The notes under the pieces: model-generated | The model's database searches: none | Seen by the model: the letters and a program-made list of their open reading frames with translations, nothing else | What the model was told of the DNA's origin: nothing | Source: a virus | Lineage: Duplodnaviria > Caudoviricetes | DNA length: 64,000 nt | IMG/VR virus record: IMGVR_UViG_3300033153_007660 | Location: 1,071-65,070 of that record | Direction: 5' to 3' (one strand) | Part shown: positions 8,703-18,000 of the stretch, piece by piece | Position numbering within the stretch: position 1 is the stretch's first letter | Layout of the letters: every line of letters begins with the position of its first letter | Translations under genes and position numbers: made by a program

Positions 8703-8833
8703 TCACGTGGTGAAGTAGAGAGATACTTCGAGGTTCAATCCCTTGTTCTCCCGCAACTATGGGAGAAGCCGATGACTTGGTCTCCTAAACCTTGTTTGAG
8801 GTGGTTAAAAGCTCTCCACGATTTTTCCCGTGA
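8703..8833 (+). ncRNA. YrlA/Y-RNA-like element 1
   Basis: Terminal stem TCACG/CGTGA; GTGAAG...GATACTTC motif; internal T arm GAGG-TTCAATC-CCTT followed by closed acceptor-like stem TTCTCCC/GGGAGAA. Confidence 0.6.
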
Positions 8834-8835
8834 CT

Positions 8836-8960
8836 AAGAAGAAGGCGCAGTGAAGGCTGTCGGATACTTCGGCTAATGGTTAGCCATCAAACTTATTCTT
8901 TGACTACGCAGGTTCAATTCCTGCAGTACAACCCGTCGCCGACTTTCCTCGCCTCTTCTT
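8836..8960 (+). ncRNA. YrlA/Y-RNA-like element 2
   Basis: Terminal stem AAGAAGAAGGCG/CGCCTCTTCTT; GCAGTGAAG...GGATACTTC; T arm GCAGG-TTCAATT-CCTGC. Confidence 0.6.
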
Positions 8961-8962
8961 TT

Positions 8963-9038
8963 GCTCCTGTGGTCCAACTGGATGGGCACTCGACTACGAA
9001 TTGAGTATATGCGGGTTCGAATCCTGTCAGGAGCTCCA
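8963..9038 (+). tRNA. tRNA-Arg(ACG)
   Basis: CTCGA-CTACGAA-TTGAG; encoded CCA. Confidence 0.88.
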
Positions 9039-9263
9039 AATGACAGACAAAGAACGACTCCTCTGGAAGCTACTCGATAGAGTACAAACAAATAGGATTA
9101 GGATGTTAAAGGCGGAGCTCAAGAGAGAAAGGGAGCGCCACCTAGAAACAGTGGAAAAATGTCCGTAGGCAGTCACTTTGCACCTCTAGGTACCCGCGAG
9201 GCTGTATCGAAGCGGAACGGTGCTGTAAGAAAGAAAAGAACAGATCACATAGAGAGAGAAGAA

Positions 9264-10433
9264 ATGACAGATATCATCAGCAAAAGCCTTGATAGAGACG
9301 GAGTCCAGGCTCTTTATGAGAGCAGTCTCTCAATGTCTACCATGCTCTACCAAGAAGCCCTCAGAACAGGAGAGACCTACCTTCATGGCAGCTTTCATGG
9401 CTGCTCACCAAAAAGTCCCAATGAGATGCTTATGGAGTGGTTCCAGGAGTATCGATGCTGGGCAAGACATGTCAAAATGTTCACGCCCGAGCAGCTGGAA
9501 GAAAAACCTGAGAACCTGATCCTAGACAAGAAGTCAGGAAACTTTGCTCTAGTCGCTAGAAATCAACGAAGTTCGGTAGACTTTAGGGGGATATGTCGTC
9601 ATGACAGGGACCCAAGTCTCAAATGGGAATATCACATTGCCTTCTCTACTCTCGAGGAGAAAGAGATGCTTCGCCTTGCTGATATTAAAGAGGCATTGGC
9701 ACATGACAAAGAGAGTATACAAGGAGAAATATATAGCCTGGTAGTAAGACAGGGAGGTCTGAAAACCGAGACACTCCACTTCTTTGAAGAAGAGATCATC
9801 GAAGAGAACTATAGCGAGAGCGTAGTTAAAGGCTATCGTGATGTGATCGAAGAGATGAAGCTCGAGATTCCTTTCGGTCGACTAGTGATCTTCTCTGGTG
9901 CACCAGGAGTAGGGAAGAGTTTTCTTCTGAGGTCTATGATCTCAGAGATAGATAACTCAGTGAACATCCTTGTTCCATCCAAGATGGCAAGTACACTAGA
10001 CAACCCAGAACTACTGAGCCTGCTACTTGGATTCAGGACCCGACAGAATGCTAACGAGTGCATCACCTTCTTCATCGAAGATGCTGATGCTTGCCTGGCC
10101 CCAAGAATGTCAGACAATATCTCAGTAGTGAGCTCACTACTCAACCTGACAGACGGGCTCTTTGGTACAGCTCTGAACCTCAGAATAATAACAACAACCA
10201 ACGCAGAGAAGCCTGACTTCGATCCGGCTATGGTAAGGGCAGGTAGATTACTCAAGCATATCGAGGTCCCACACCTCAGCCCAGGGGAGGCAGAGAGAGC
10301 CTATAAGAGAATGACTGGGAAGGACACAGTGTTCATAGGCAAGACCACGTTAGCTGAAGTCTATGCTCGGTCCTATGACAAAGAGCAAGAGAAGACAGAG
10401 AAGAAAGCTGTCGGCTTTGGGCAGGCAGATTAG
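9264..10433 (+). CDS. AAA+ ATPase
   Basis: Walker A GAPGVGKS, Walker B FIEDAD, LLNLTDG, TTN...DPAMVRAGR. Confidence 0.88.
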   Translation: MTDIISKSLDRDGVQALYESSLSMSTMLYQEALRTGETYLHGSFHGCSPKSPNEMLMEWFQEYRCWARHVKMFTPEQLEEKPENLILDKKSGNFALVARNQRSSVDFRGICRHDRDPSLKWEYHIAFSTLEEKEMLRLADIKEALAHDKESIQGEIYSLVVRQGGLKTETLHFFEEEIIEENYSESVVKGYRDVIEEMKLEIPFGRLVIFSGAPGVGKSFLLRSMISEIDNSVNILVPSKMASTLDNPELLSLLLGFRTRQNANECITFFIEDADACLAPRMSDNISVVSSLLNLTDGLFGTALNLRIITTTNAEKPDFDPAMVRAGRLLKHIEVPHLSPGEAERAYKRMTGKDTVFIGKTTLAEVYARSYDKEQEKTEKKAVGFGQAD

Positions 10434-10473
10434 GGTTGAAATAATCTCATAAGGAGTGTATCTTGTGAGTTCT

Positions 10474-10546
10474 GGGGCGATAGCTCAGTTGGTAGAGCAC
10501 TTGATTGAAGCTCAAGGTGTCGGGGGATCGTGACCCTCTCGTCCCA
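10474..10546 (+). tRNA. tRNA-Phe(GAA)
   Basis: TAGCTCAGTTGGTAGAGC D arm; CTTGA-TTGAAGC-TCAAG; variant T loop. Confidence 0.88.
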
Positions 10547-10549
10547 CAA

Positions 10550-10622
10550 CCACCCATAGTGTAACGTAGCACGCATGGCTGATTACCGTGTAGCAAGGGT
10601 TCAAGTCCTTTTGGGTGGACCA
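10550..10622 (+). tRNA. tRNA with GAT anticodon (Ile, atypical U37)
   Basis: CCACCCA/TGGGTGG-ACCA; CATGG-CTGATTA-CCGTG. Confidence 0.7.
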
Positions 10623-10755
10623 ATAGCACAGTTCAAATGTAGCTGTGGGTATCGATGGACTGTGCCTATCTCAGTCTACAAGAAGCAGAAAGAGCCATGT
10701 CCCATGTGCGATAGCCTCTACTACACATGGCTAAACTGGGAAGAGATAGTAAAAC

Positions 10756-10829
10756 GCTCCCGTCTTCCAAAGGAATAGGATGTCGGTCTTTCACATCGAT
10801 GATGTCGGGTTCAAGTCCCACCGGGAGCA
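10756..10829 (+). tRNA. tRNA-Glu(TTC)
   Basis: TCGGT-CTTTCAC-ATCGA; GCTCCCG/CGGGAGC. Confidence 0.88.
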
Positions 10830-10832
10830 CAA

Positions 10833-10905
10833 GCGGGTATAACTCAATTGGCAGAGTGCTAGCCTTCCAAGCTAGATGTCGCAGGTTCGACTCCTGTTGC
10901 CCGCA
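10833..10905 (+). tRNA. tRNA-Gly(TCC)
   Basis: CTAGC-CTTCCAA-GCTAG; GCGGGTA acceptor. Confidence 0.93.
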
Positions 10906-10946
10906 CAAACAGTACCCAAGGGGTACTTGTAACACATGAGAGAACA

Positions 10947-11207
10947 ATGCAAAGAAAGAAGAAAGTAACCAAAAAGAAGAAGGTAGTGAAGAAGAAGGCG
11001 ACTAAGACCCTTCCTAAGTTTGTCAGAAAGATCGTCGAGACACCACGTCTATCTATCGAGACCAAACCAGGACGATTTTGGACTCTAGATCAGACAGATC
11101 CTGATGAGATCTCAATCACCGTACCCTGTGGAGATGAAGCCGCAGTAACGAAAGAAGACTGGGTCGCCCTCCGTGAAGGATTCGATCGTCTCTTCGGAAC
11201 CAAGTAA
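10947..11207 (+). CDS. hypothetical protein with Lys-rich N-terminus
   Basis: ORF track, co-oriented with neighbours. Confidence 0.65.
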   Translation: MQRKKKVTKKKKVVKKKATKTLPKFVRKIVETPRLSIETKPGRFWTLDQTDPDEISITVPCGDEAAVTKEDWVALREGFDRLFGTK

Positions 11208-11209
11208 TC

Positions 11210-11635
11210 ATGCGATTCCTACTCCACTTCCTAGGTGCCCTCTGGTGCCTGCCTGCCACTATCATAGTCTGGCTAGTCTATATCCTCCCAATGTGGTTAG
11301 TCTTCAATGACCTTACCTTCGAAAGATGGGATGGTCCATTCATAGCTAGGTTCTCAGTCAACACAAGAAACCCAAGGATGATTGGATGGCACAGAAGCCA
11401 ATGGAATTCCTGGGGCGGAGTAGGGCTACCATGTGCATATGTCTACCGAGACGAGCCCTGGCTTTCAGCATGGAAAGAAACATTTTGTCGCCATGAGAAG
11501 AGACATTGTATGCAATGGTTTGTCCTAGGCATACTCTTCCCTCTTGTCTATGGTATAGGAATGCTCATAGGATTAGCTCGAGGAGATACTCATGGCGAGA
11601 ATCCTCTCGAGATAGATGCAGAGAGAGCAGAATAG
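11210..11635 (+). CDS. membrane protein with HExxH
   Basis: HEKRH followed by a TM helix and NPLEIDAE. Confidence 0.65.
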   Translation: MRFLLHFLGALWCLPATIIVWLVYILPMWLVFNDLTFERWDGPFIARFSVNTRNPRMIGWHRSQWNSWGGVGLPCAYVYRDEPWLSAWKETFCRHEKRHCMQWFVLGILFPLVYGIGMLIGLARGDTHGENPLEIDAERAE

Positions 11636-11641
11636 GAGACC

Positions 11642-11911
11642 GTGATGAGACACAAAGGTGGAAAGAAGCGTGACAAGCCAGCTGGCAGTTGTCGTAGAAA
11701 AGGTAGTCCAACGTCGATAAAGCTCGCCAGTGGTCTGTGTAATACAATCCAGGGTGTCTGGAAGCCTATCAATGACTGCAATGAGCTCGATATGCAGATG
11801 AAGACTTACTATCAGCGTCAGGCAGAAAGAGCTCAGTGGAATCAAGAGAGAAACAAGATCGCTCGAGCTAACAGAGGTAGTCGCGGCGGTAAGAAGAACT
11901 GGGCGGCATAA
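11642..11911 (+). CDS. basic hypothetical protein
   Basis: AGGAG RBS. Confidence 0.6.
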   Translation: MMRHKGGKKRDKPAGSCRRKGSPTSIKLASGLCNTIQGVWKPINDCNELDMQMKTYYQRQAERAQWNQERNKIARANRGSRGGKKNWAA

Positions 11912-11913
11912 TC

Positions 11914-12111
11914 ATGGCACTAATACTAATGATCTTCATTCTGATGGCACTGGCAGCTCCAGCTGTCATAATCTGGGCAGTCAATGTCCTACTTCTAGCC
12001 GCTGGCTCAGCCCTGGTGATCCCTATCACGATTAAGACATGGTTCGCCACGCTCCTTATCATAGTCTTCTTTGGTGGCGCTGCAGGTACTGCTAGCAATT
12101 CAAAAAGGTAA
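11914..12111 (+). CDS. small membrane protein
   Basis: Almost entirely hydrophobic, 65 aa. Confidence 0.6.
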   Translation: MALILMIFILMALAAPAVIIWAVNVLLLAAGSALVIPITIKTWFATLLIIVFFGGAAGTASNSKR

Positions 12112-12130
12112 GTGGTAAACTGCCGCCATT

Positions 12131-12204
12131 GGACTCGTAGCTCAATTAGGCAGAGCATCCGGTTCTTACCCGGAAGGCTGAGGGTTCGATGCCCCCCGAG
12201 TCCA
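12131..12204 (+). tRNA. tRNA-Lys(CTT)
   Basis: TCCGG-TTCTTAC-CCGGA. Confidence 0.9.
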
Positions 12205-12216
12205 CAAGGAGAAACA

Positions 12217-12564
12217 ATGGTCAAGATAGTCACGATGTGTAGACAAGGGCTCTGTAGATCTGTAGCCTTAGCAGACGTACTCAAGCTCCACTTCGAACCA
12301 GTCGACGTCATTCCAATCGGTCACTTCGGAAACACCAAAGAGACTAGAGATATGCTCATTGACTGGGCTGACAAAGTCGTTGTCATGGAAGCAAACTACG
12401 CAAAGTATGTGGCTGACCGAGACAAGCACAAGGTCCTCATCTGTGATGTAGGACCTGACATCTTTGGCAACTCTAAGAACCGGAAACTCATCGACACAGT
12501 ATGGTGTTGGACCAGGAACAATGCGAAAGAGCTCGGGATAACTGAGCACAAGAAAAGACTATAA
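12217..12564 (+). CDS. low-molecular-weight protein-tyrosine-phosphatase-like protein
   Basis: N-terminal CX5R P-loop CRQGLCRS and WADKVVVM. Confidence 0.75.
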   Translation: MVKIVTMCRQGLCRSVALADVLKLHFEPVDVIPIGHFGNTKETRDMLIDWADKVVVMEANYAKYVADRDKHKVLICDVGPDIFGNSKNRKLIDTVWCWTRNNAKELGITEHKKRL

Positions 12565-13170
12565 ATGAATACCAGAGCTAAGTTAGTAGACTACCTTACT
12601 TTCATTGGTATCCCTGCTGTTGGTACAGCATTAGCTATTGGAGCAGTGCTTACCCCACAAACCTGGTCAGTAGCAGGAACAGTCATCCTCATCACCTCAC
12701 TAGTAGCGATGTGGAGTCTCAGTGTTGCTATTCTCCTTCGCCTCCGTAGTTTCAAGCCCGACTTTATCTCTCATGGCTGTGCCTTCTGGTTAGACATGAA
12801 GATCAAGGTTCCAAAGAGAGTAGTCGATGCTGCTATGGAGCACTTCAAAAAGCACATAGTAACAAGTAGGCTAGCTACTGTAGCTCAGGTAAACGACCTG
12901 TTCAGCAAAGCTAGCTTCACTATCTCTGATAATCCTGTCCACTATAAGGGTAAGGACTACAATGGGCTATCAAATGGCAGATCATTAGCCCTTCGCTGGA
13001 TGAAAGGATTCAAACAAAATGCATTCTTTCATGAGTGGATGCACTCCTTCCAAGAGATAGTCTTGAAGATAAGAGATAAAAATGGTAGACCAGACAGAGA
13101 CTATCAGCACCTAAGACGTTCACATTGGGAGCTGGTAGCTAGGATGAAAAACTCATTCATTGCCCCCTAG
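12565..13170 (+). CDS. membrane-anchored protein with HExxH
   Basis: Two TM helices; FFHEWMH. Confidence 0.6.
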   Translation: MNTRAKLVDYLTFIGIPAVGTALAIGAVLTPQTWSVAGTVILITSLVAMWSLSVAILLRLRSFKPDFISHGCAFWLDMKIKVPKRVVDAAMEHFKKHIVTSRLATVAQVNDLFSKASFTISDNPVHYKGKDYNGLSNGRSLALRWMKGFKQNAFFHEWMHSFQEIVLKIRDKNGRPDRDYQHLRRSHWELVARMKNSFIAP

Positions 13171-13238
13171 GTGACCGTGGTCGGCACACTCCCTTGGTAC
13201 GGGAGAAGGCTTGGGTTCAATTCCCAGAGGGGGCTCCA
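13162..13238 (+). tRNA. tRNA-Thr(GGT)
   Basis: CTCCC-TTGGTAC-GGGAG; encoded CCA. Confidence 0.88.
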
Positions 13239-13256
13239 ACAGAAAGGTAATAGAAG

Positions 13257-14117
13257 ATGGGTTACGGCGCATATTCATACTCGGATCGCATGACAAGAGC
13301 CACGACTGATGGCCTCACCACTCGTCCTGCAAGTGAGATCTTCAGTAGAACTTTCAATAGTTCCATGAATCCCAACGGAGTAACAATCCGTGAGTCCAGA
13401 GACTGTGTGGAGCACCCAGAATCAGTCCCGATTATCCTAGGACTGGACGTGACTGGTTCAATGGGACGGATCCCTCACTTCCTAGTGAGAGAAGGCCTTC
13501 CAAGCATAGTCGACCAGATCATCAGAGAAGGCATAGCCGATCCACAGGTCCTCTTCATGGGTATTGGGGACCATGAGTGCGACAGAGCTCCTCTACAGAT
13601 CGGCCAGTTCGAGTCCAGTGATTCACTCATGGACAGATGGCTCACCGAGCTCTGGATTGAGTCCGGTGGCGGTGGTAACTACGGAGAAAGTTATCTCCTA
13701 GCCTGGCTCTTCGCCAGCAGATACACCCAGACCGATCACTTCGACCAAAGAGAACAGAAGGGTCTACTCTTCACTGTCGGTGATGAGCCTACTCTCAGAG
13801 ATCTCCCAGTTGCTGCTCAGCAAGCAATCTTTGGCCCTGGTCAGTACGAAGCTCAGACAGCTGCGAGTCTTCTTGCTGCTGCCAGAGAGAAGTTCGAAGT
13901 CTTCCACCTCCACATGCTCCAAGGTCACAACGGGGGCAGAGGGAATGTGCAAGAGGGCTGGAGAGAGCTGATGGGAGAAGACAACGTGCTGCTGGTCCAG
14001 AATCAAGACCAAGTTGTAAGTCTCATCACAAGCAAGGTCCTCGAGATCGCTGAAGCACAGGGAGTTGGAACAGCTCCTCCAGAGAGCGACACTCGCTTCG
14101 ATCACCTCGACGAGTAA
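13257..14117 (+). CDS. vWA domain protein
   Basis: LDVTGSM MIDAS, GGGGNYGESY, FTVGDE. Confidence 0.85.
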   Translation: MGYGAYSYSDRMTRATTDGLTTRPASEIFSRTFNSSMNPNGVTIRESRDCVEHPESVPIILGLDVTGSMGRIPHFLVREGLPSIVDQIIREGIADPQVLFMGIGDHECDRAPLQIGQFESSDSLMDRWLTELWIESGGGGNYGESYLLAWLFASRYTQTDHFDQREQKGLLFTVGDEPTLRDLPVAAQQAIFGPGQYEAQTAASLLAAAREKFEVFHLHMLQGHNGGRGNVQEGWRELMGEDNVLLVQNQDQVVSLITSKVLEIAEAQGVGTAPPESDTRFDHLDE

Positions 14118-14120
14118 GCC

Positions 14121-15251
14121 ATGAGCCACCGAGCTGTAATCGGTCTTGGGTTTGGGGACGAAGGGAAAGGTGTGACCACCGAGTACCTCTGTTCCCAGAA
14201 CCCAGAGGACACTCTTGTCGTTCGTTTCTCTGGTGGTCAGCAAGCTGGCCACAAAGTAATCAAAGGCACCACCGAACATATCTTCTCCCACTTCGGCTCA
14301 GGTACACTGAGCGGGTGTCCCACCTACTGGAGCCACCACTGCACCTTCGATCCAGTCACTCTATGGAACGAGTATGACTTACTCCACCAGAAGGGTGTCA
14401 GACCGCTGATCTATATTCATCCCGACTGTCCAGTGACTACCCCTTATGAAGTCTTCAAGAACCGAGCTCCTGGCAGAGAGAAGGAGCATGGGACCTGTGG
14501 ATCAGGCTTCTTTAGAACAAAAGAACGCCATACTCATGGACCTAGACTGACTGCCGGAATACTGCTTCATGTCGGAGAGCCTGAGGTAAGCCTACTCCTC
14601 GAAAAAACCAGGAACTACCATGAGCTAAACAATAGTCCAGAGCTAGACAACATGGTCAGAGAGTTCAACTCAGCAATAGCTAACATGCATGTCTATTTAG
14701 GGAGACACTTCGTTATCACAGACACTATCCCTAACTACCAGTACAAAGTCTTCGAGGGTAGCCAAGGGCTCATGCTGATGGAAGGTATCGGAACGATGCC
14801 TCACTGTACTCCTTCTGATCTAACTCCAAGAAATATTCTGAAGGAGACATACCTAGACGAGATTTTTCTAGTCACCCGGGCTTACCAAACACGTCATGGT
14901 AAAGGCCCAATGACCAATAGAGAATATCCAATAGATCTCAAGAACACAGAGAAAGAGACCAATGTTTGTAATACTTACCAAGGAGAGTTTAGAACATCGG
15001 TACTAGACCTAGACCAACTGATCCACGCAAAGAAAAAGGGGATCGATAATCAGGTTGGAAGAGAAACTAGCGTCTATTTAGTAGTGACTTGTCTAGACCA
15101 GCTAGATGAATACAAGGTTACTTATCAAGGGACAATGCATACCTTTGAATACCTAACCAATTTCGTAGACTTCCTAGCTTATGGACTAGGACTTTGGGGG
15201 ACTGTCTACGTAAATGACAGCCCTGAGTCAAAGCTTAGGAGAATACCATGA
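14121..15251 (+). CDS. purA: adenylosuccinate synthetase-like protein
   Basis: GFGDEGKG, RFSGGQQAGH, HGTCGSG, FEGSQG, YQTRHGKGP. Confidence 0.82.
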   Translation: MSHRAVIGLGFGDEGKGVTTEYLCSQNPEDTLVVRFSGGQQAGHKVIKGTTEHIFSHFGSGTLSGCPTYWSHHCTFDPVTLWNEYDLLHQKGVRPLIYIHPDCPVTTPYEVFKNRAPGREKEHGTCGSGFFRTKERHTHGPRLTAGILLHVGEPEVSLLLEKTRNYHELNNSPELDNMVREFNSAIANMHVYLGRHFVITDTIPNYQYKVFEGSQGLMLMEGIGTMPHCTPSDLTPRNILKETYLDEIFLVTRAYQTRHGKGPMTNREYPIDLKNTEKETNVCNTYQGEFRTSVLDLDQLIHAKKKGIDNQVGRETSVYLVVTCLDQLDEYKVTYQGTMHTFEYLTNFVDFLAYGLGLWGTVYVNDSPESKLRRIP

Positions 15252-15452
15252 GGCCTTTCAGATTCAGACATTGTGAGATCAATCTCTACCAGTTCTATGA
15301 GCACTCAAGTTCAGCTGGTAAGTGGACATGGTCCATAACCTATCCAGAGAGCCAAGACCCAGACAAGATTCGCAGGCATGGCAGTCCTGATGGTCATCCC
15401 GACCTTGCAGGTGCTTTGAGAAGTCTCTTTACCATACTTGGAAAGATAGCCA

Positions 15453-16181
15453 ATGCAGATCCCAGTAAGATCGATACTCTTTAGTGTCCTGATTAGTTGC
15501 TCTGCCGCGCCAAGCAGTAGCCCTATCTATCCAGGCAAATTCACCAATGAAATAGAACAGATGTCCGGGGAAGAAGAGACACAAGCCCTTCTCTCCAAAG
15601 GATTGTTCCACTTCGAAACAGGGAATGCTCTCGGAACAATCCAGAGCTTCCAAAAAGCGCTCGATACTGACTCCCTGAACGAAGCAGGGATGGCACTGGC
15701 CTACTGGCATATCGGACAGTCTCTCGATGCTCTGAGCCGAACCTCAGAGGCCTGCGAGGCATTCCTCGCCTTCATCGAACATGCAGAGACCATGCATGAG
15801 TCTCCTGTCAAACAAATGATGATGATTCTAGAGATGGATCTACGGGGCAAGCTAGACCATGCCAGAGCATACTTAATAGCTGCCTGGTATGCTTACAGTG
15901 GAACAGATTATGCTCAGACAGATGAGAATCCTGCCATTTGTCACACTAACCAGGAGCTCAAGAACTTTGTCTACATGGTGTGGAACTGTTCCGATGACAT
16001 CATCCTTCCAAACAGAATCCTCCTCACTATGAACGGGATACCGATAGAGCCATGGACAGAGAGGCTTACTCTAGTCTGTCCCAGCACAGGGAAAAGACTG
16101 GTATTATTCGCAACCATATTGTATCCTAGCGACGAGATGCTGAGAGTTAAAGAAGAAGCAATGCAGCTCAATGCTCCGTAA
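15453..16181 (+). CDS. TPR-like putative lipoprotein
   Basis: Hydrophobic N-terminus ending in LISC; TPR-like helices. Confidence 0.5.
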   Translation: MQIPVRSILFSVLISCSAAPSSSPIYPGKFTNEIEQMSGEEETQALLSKGLFHFETGNALGTIQSFQKALDTDSLNEAGMALAYWHIGQSLDALSRTSEACEAFLAFIEHAETMHESPVKQMMMILEMDLRGKLDHARAYLIAAWYAYSGTDYAQTDENPAICHTNQELKNFVYMVWNCSDDIILPNRILLTMNGIPIEPWTERLTLVCPSTGKRLVLFATILYPSDEMLRVKEEAMQLNAP

Positions 16182-16245
16182 GCTTTGATTGATGAAGCCC
16201 TGCTTCGTAAGCGGGAAGAAGGTGGTTCGAATCCACTGCGGAGCT
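16173..16245 (+). tRNA. tRNA-Thr(CGT)
   Basis: CCTGC-TTCGTAA-GCGGG. Confidence 0.82.
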
Positions 16246-16247
16246 CC

Positions 16248-16318
16248 GCCCCCTAAGCATTGTGCTGATGCAGGGCTCTTGTAAAGCTCAGAGATCGGTT
16301 GGATTCCGGTAGGGGGCT
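16248..16318 (+). tRNA. tRNA-Thr(TGT)
   Basis: GGGCT-CTTGTAA-AGCTC; variant T loop TTGGATT. Confidence 0.8.
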
Positions 16319-16329
16319 CAAACAATCAC

Positions 16330-16403
16330 GCGCCTATAACTCAGTTGGCTAGAGTGTTACCGTGACATGGTAGAAGCCGTTGGTTCAAGTCCATCTAGGC
16401 GCA
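16330..16403 (+). tRNA. tRNA-Val(GAC)
   Basis: TTACC-GTGACAT-GGTAG. Confidence 0.9.
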
Positions 16404-16414
16404 CAAGGACAAAC

Positions 16415-16699
16415 ATGAAATTCAATGAGTTCATACAGAAATTACAAACAATCGGACAGATCCATGGTGACAAAGACATGGACGTTAGGGTTTCAGTCAC
16501 CAGTTCTTCTTCTACTATACTGAGTTTTGAGAAGTGGAAAGCGAAGTGGGAGAAGGAAGCAACTATTAATCTCTCAACTGGAGAGACCTGGATCCGGACA
16601 GACAGTATCGACTACGAAAGAATGCAACAAAAAATACTCAAGGTAGAGAAGAAAGGACCAGATGATAATGGTCGCTTCGATAACCTAGAGGAAGATTAA
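16415..16699 (+). CDS. hypothetical protein with RFDNLEED tail
   Basis: AGGA RBS after the tRNA. Confidence 0.7.
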   Translation: MKFNEFIQKLQTIGQIHGDKDMDVRVSVTSSSSTILSFEKWKAKWEKEATINLSTGETWIRTDSIDYERMQQKILKVEKKGPDDNGRFDNLEED

Positions 16700-16910
16700 A
16701 CATGCCTAAATGGACATTTCAAGCTGTGGCCTACAAGGTTCTCAAGCACACAGTAGAAGCTGAAACCTTCAAGGAAGCAGAAGAAAAAGCCGAAGCGGTC
16801 TTCGAGAAGCACGTTGAAGACGAAGACTATAGAAGATGGGAACGAGACAAGTTCTATATACACGGCCATCCTGATGACTACCCAACTCCTGGGGCCTGGA
16901 ACAGAAGTTA

Positions 16911-17168
16911 ATGCCCTGCGTAACCTGCAATAGACCCCTGAGACAGGGAGAGAAGGACACTGAAAAGTTCTTGTGTTGGTACTGTAGGGCAGCGAGGGTT
17001 GGGTCCTCAGCAAAGCTACTACTAGATATCCTAGACAAAGAAGAGTATGATCCAGCCGAACTAGAGATGGGCGTTGATCAACTAAGAAAAGAGCTAGGAA
17101 ACTTTGACTATGCAGGGATGACTCTCCGTCAACTCGAGAAGCAACTCAAAGGACTAGAAAACATCTGA
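16911..17168 (+). CDS. small Zn-finger protein
   Basis: CVTC...CWYC. Confidence 0.55.
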   Translation: MPCVTCNRPLRQGEKDTEKFLCWYCRAARVGSSAKLLLDILDKEEYDPAELEMGVDQLRKELGNFDYAGMTLRQLEKQLKGLENI

Positions 17169-17240
17169 GCACGTGACCCGAGTGGCTAAGGGCCTCGGTT
17201 GCAACCCGAGAATTCGTCAGTTCAAATCTGACCGTGCTCT
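17167..17240 (+). tRNA. tRNA-Cys(GCA)
   Basis: CTCGG-TTGCAAC-CCGAG; U73 discriminator. Confidence 0.92.
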
Positions 17241-17266
17241 CAACCTTAACAAAGGAAAGAAAGAAG

Positions 17267-17995
17267 ATGAAACTAAACCAAGTAATCGCAGTAGAGAAGG
17301 GCATCAAGTCACGGTCTCACAAGCTTCTGACGGACATGTACCAGACATTGTCCAAGAAGACACTCTTCGATGGTCTCTCGAAGACCTATCAGAAGAAGGA
17401 AGAGGACTCACAGGACTACCCGGCAGAGTCTACCAGGGTACAGAAGAATGCTTCTGACATGGTACGCGAGGCAGGAAACCTCCTCACTGAGTACTTCGAC
17501 ACCACACTCACCAAGGACGCTGCCAACTGCTCAGCCAAGGCTGATGTCAAGGTAGGAGAGACGGTACTCCTCGCTGATGTTCCCATCACGACGTTGCTCT
17601 TCCTCGAGAAGCAACTGGCCGAGATCACTACGTTCATCGGGGCCATCCCAGTACTCGATCCAGCGTACAACTGGAAGATGGACCAGAACAACAACCTGTT
17701 CAAGACAGACACTCATGCTACGGCCAAGACCAGGAAGGTCACCAAGCCTCTGGTCCTGTACCCAGCAACTGAAGAGCACCCAGCCCAGACCGACAAGATC
17801 ACCGAGGATGTGATCACTGGCTACTGGAACCAGATCAAGATGTCAGGAGCTATGCCTGAGAGTCGGAAGGCAAGCCTACTCAAGAAGGTAGAGCTTCTGC
17901 AGAAGGCAGTGAAGTTCGCACGCGAAGAAGCAAACAGTACGGAAATCGAACAGCAAGCCATGGGCGAGAAAGTCTTTGGCTGGTTGTTTTCCTAA
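17267..17995 (+). CDS. conserved hypothetical protein (MKLNQVIAVEKG family)
   Basis: Strong codon bias; KLNQxIAVEKG, LLFLEKQL, HPAQ and AVKFAREEAN resemble a widespread uncharacterised family (recalled, not searched). Confidence 0.85.
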   Translation: MKLNQVIAVEKGIKSRSHKLLTDMYQTLSKKTLFDGLSKTYQKKEEDSQDYPAESTRVQKNASDMVREAGNLLTEYFDTTLTKDAANCSAKADVKVGETVLLADVPITTLLFLEKQLAEITTFIGAIPVLDPAYNWKMDQNNNLFKTDTHATAKTRKVTKPLVLYPATEEHPAQTDKITEDVITGYWNQIKMSGAMPESRKASLLKKVELLQKAVKFAREEANSTEIEQQAMGEKVFGWLFS

Positions 17996-18000
17996 GATAT

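Noticed and set aside
14121-15251. PurZ (2-aminoadenine DNA pathway)
   Set aside because: The motif is GDEGKG with the PurA Asp rather than the Ser-containing PurZ motif, and no DatZ/MazZ-like neighbours were recognised.
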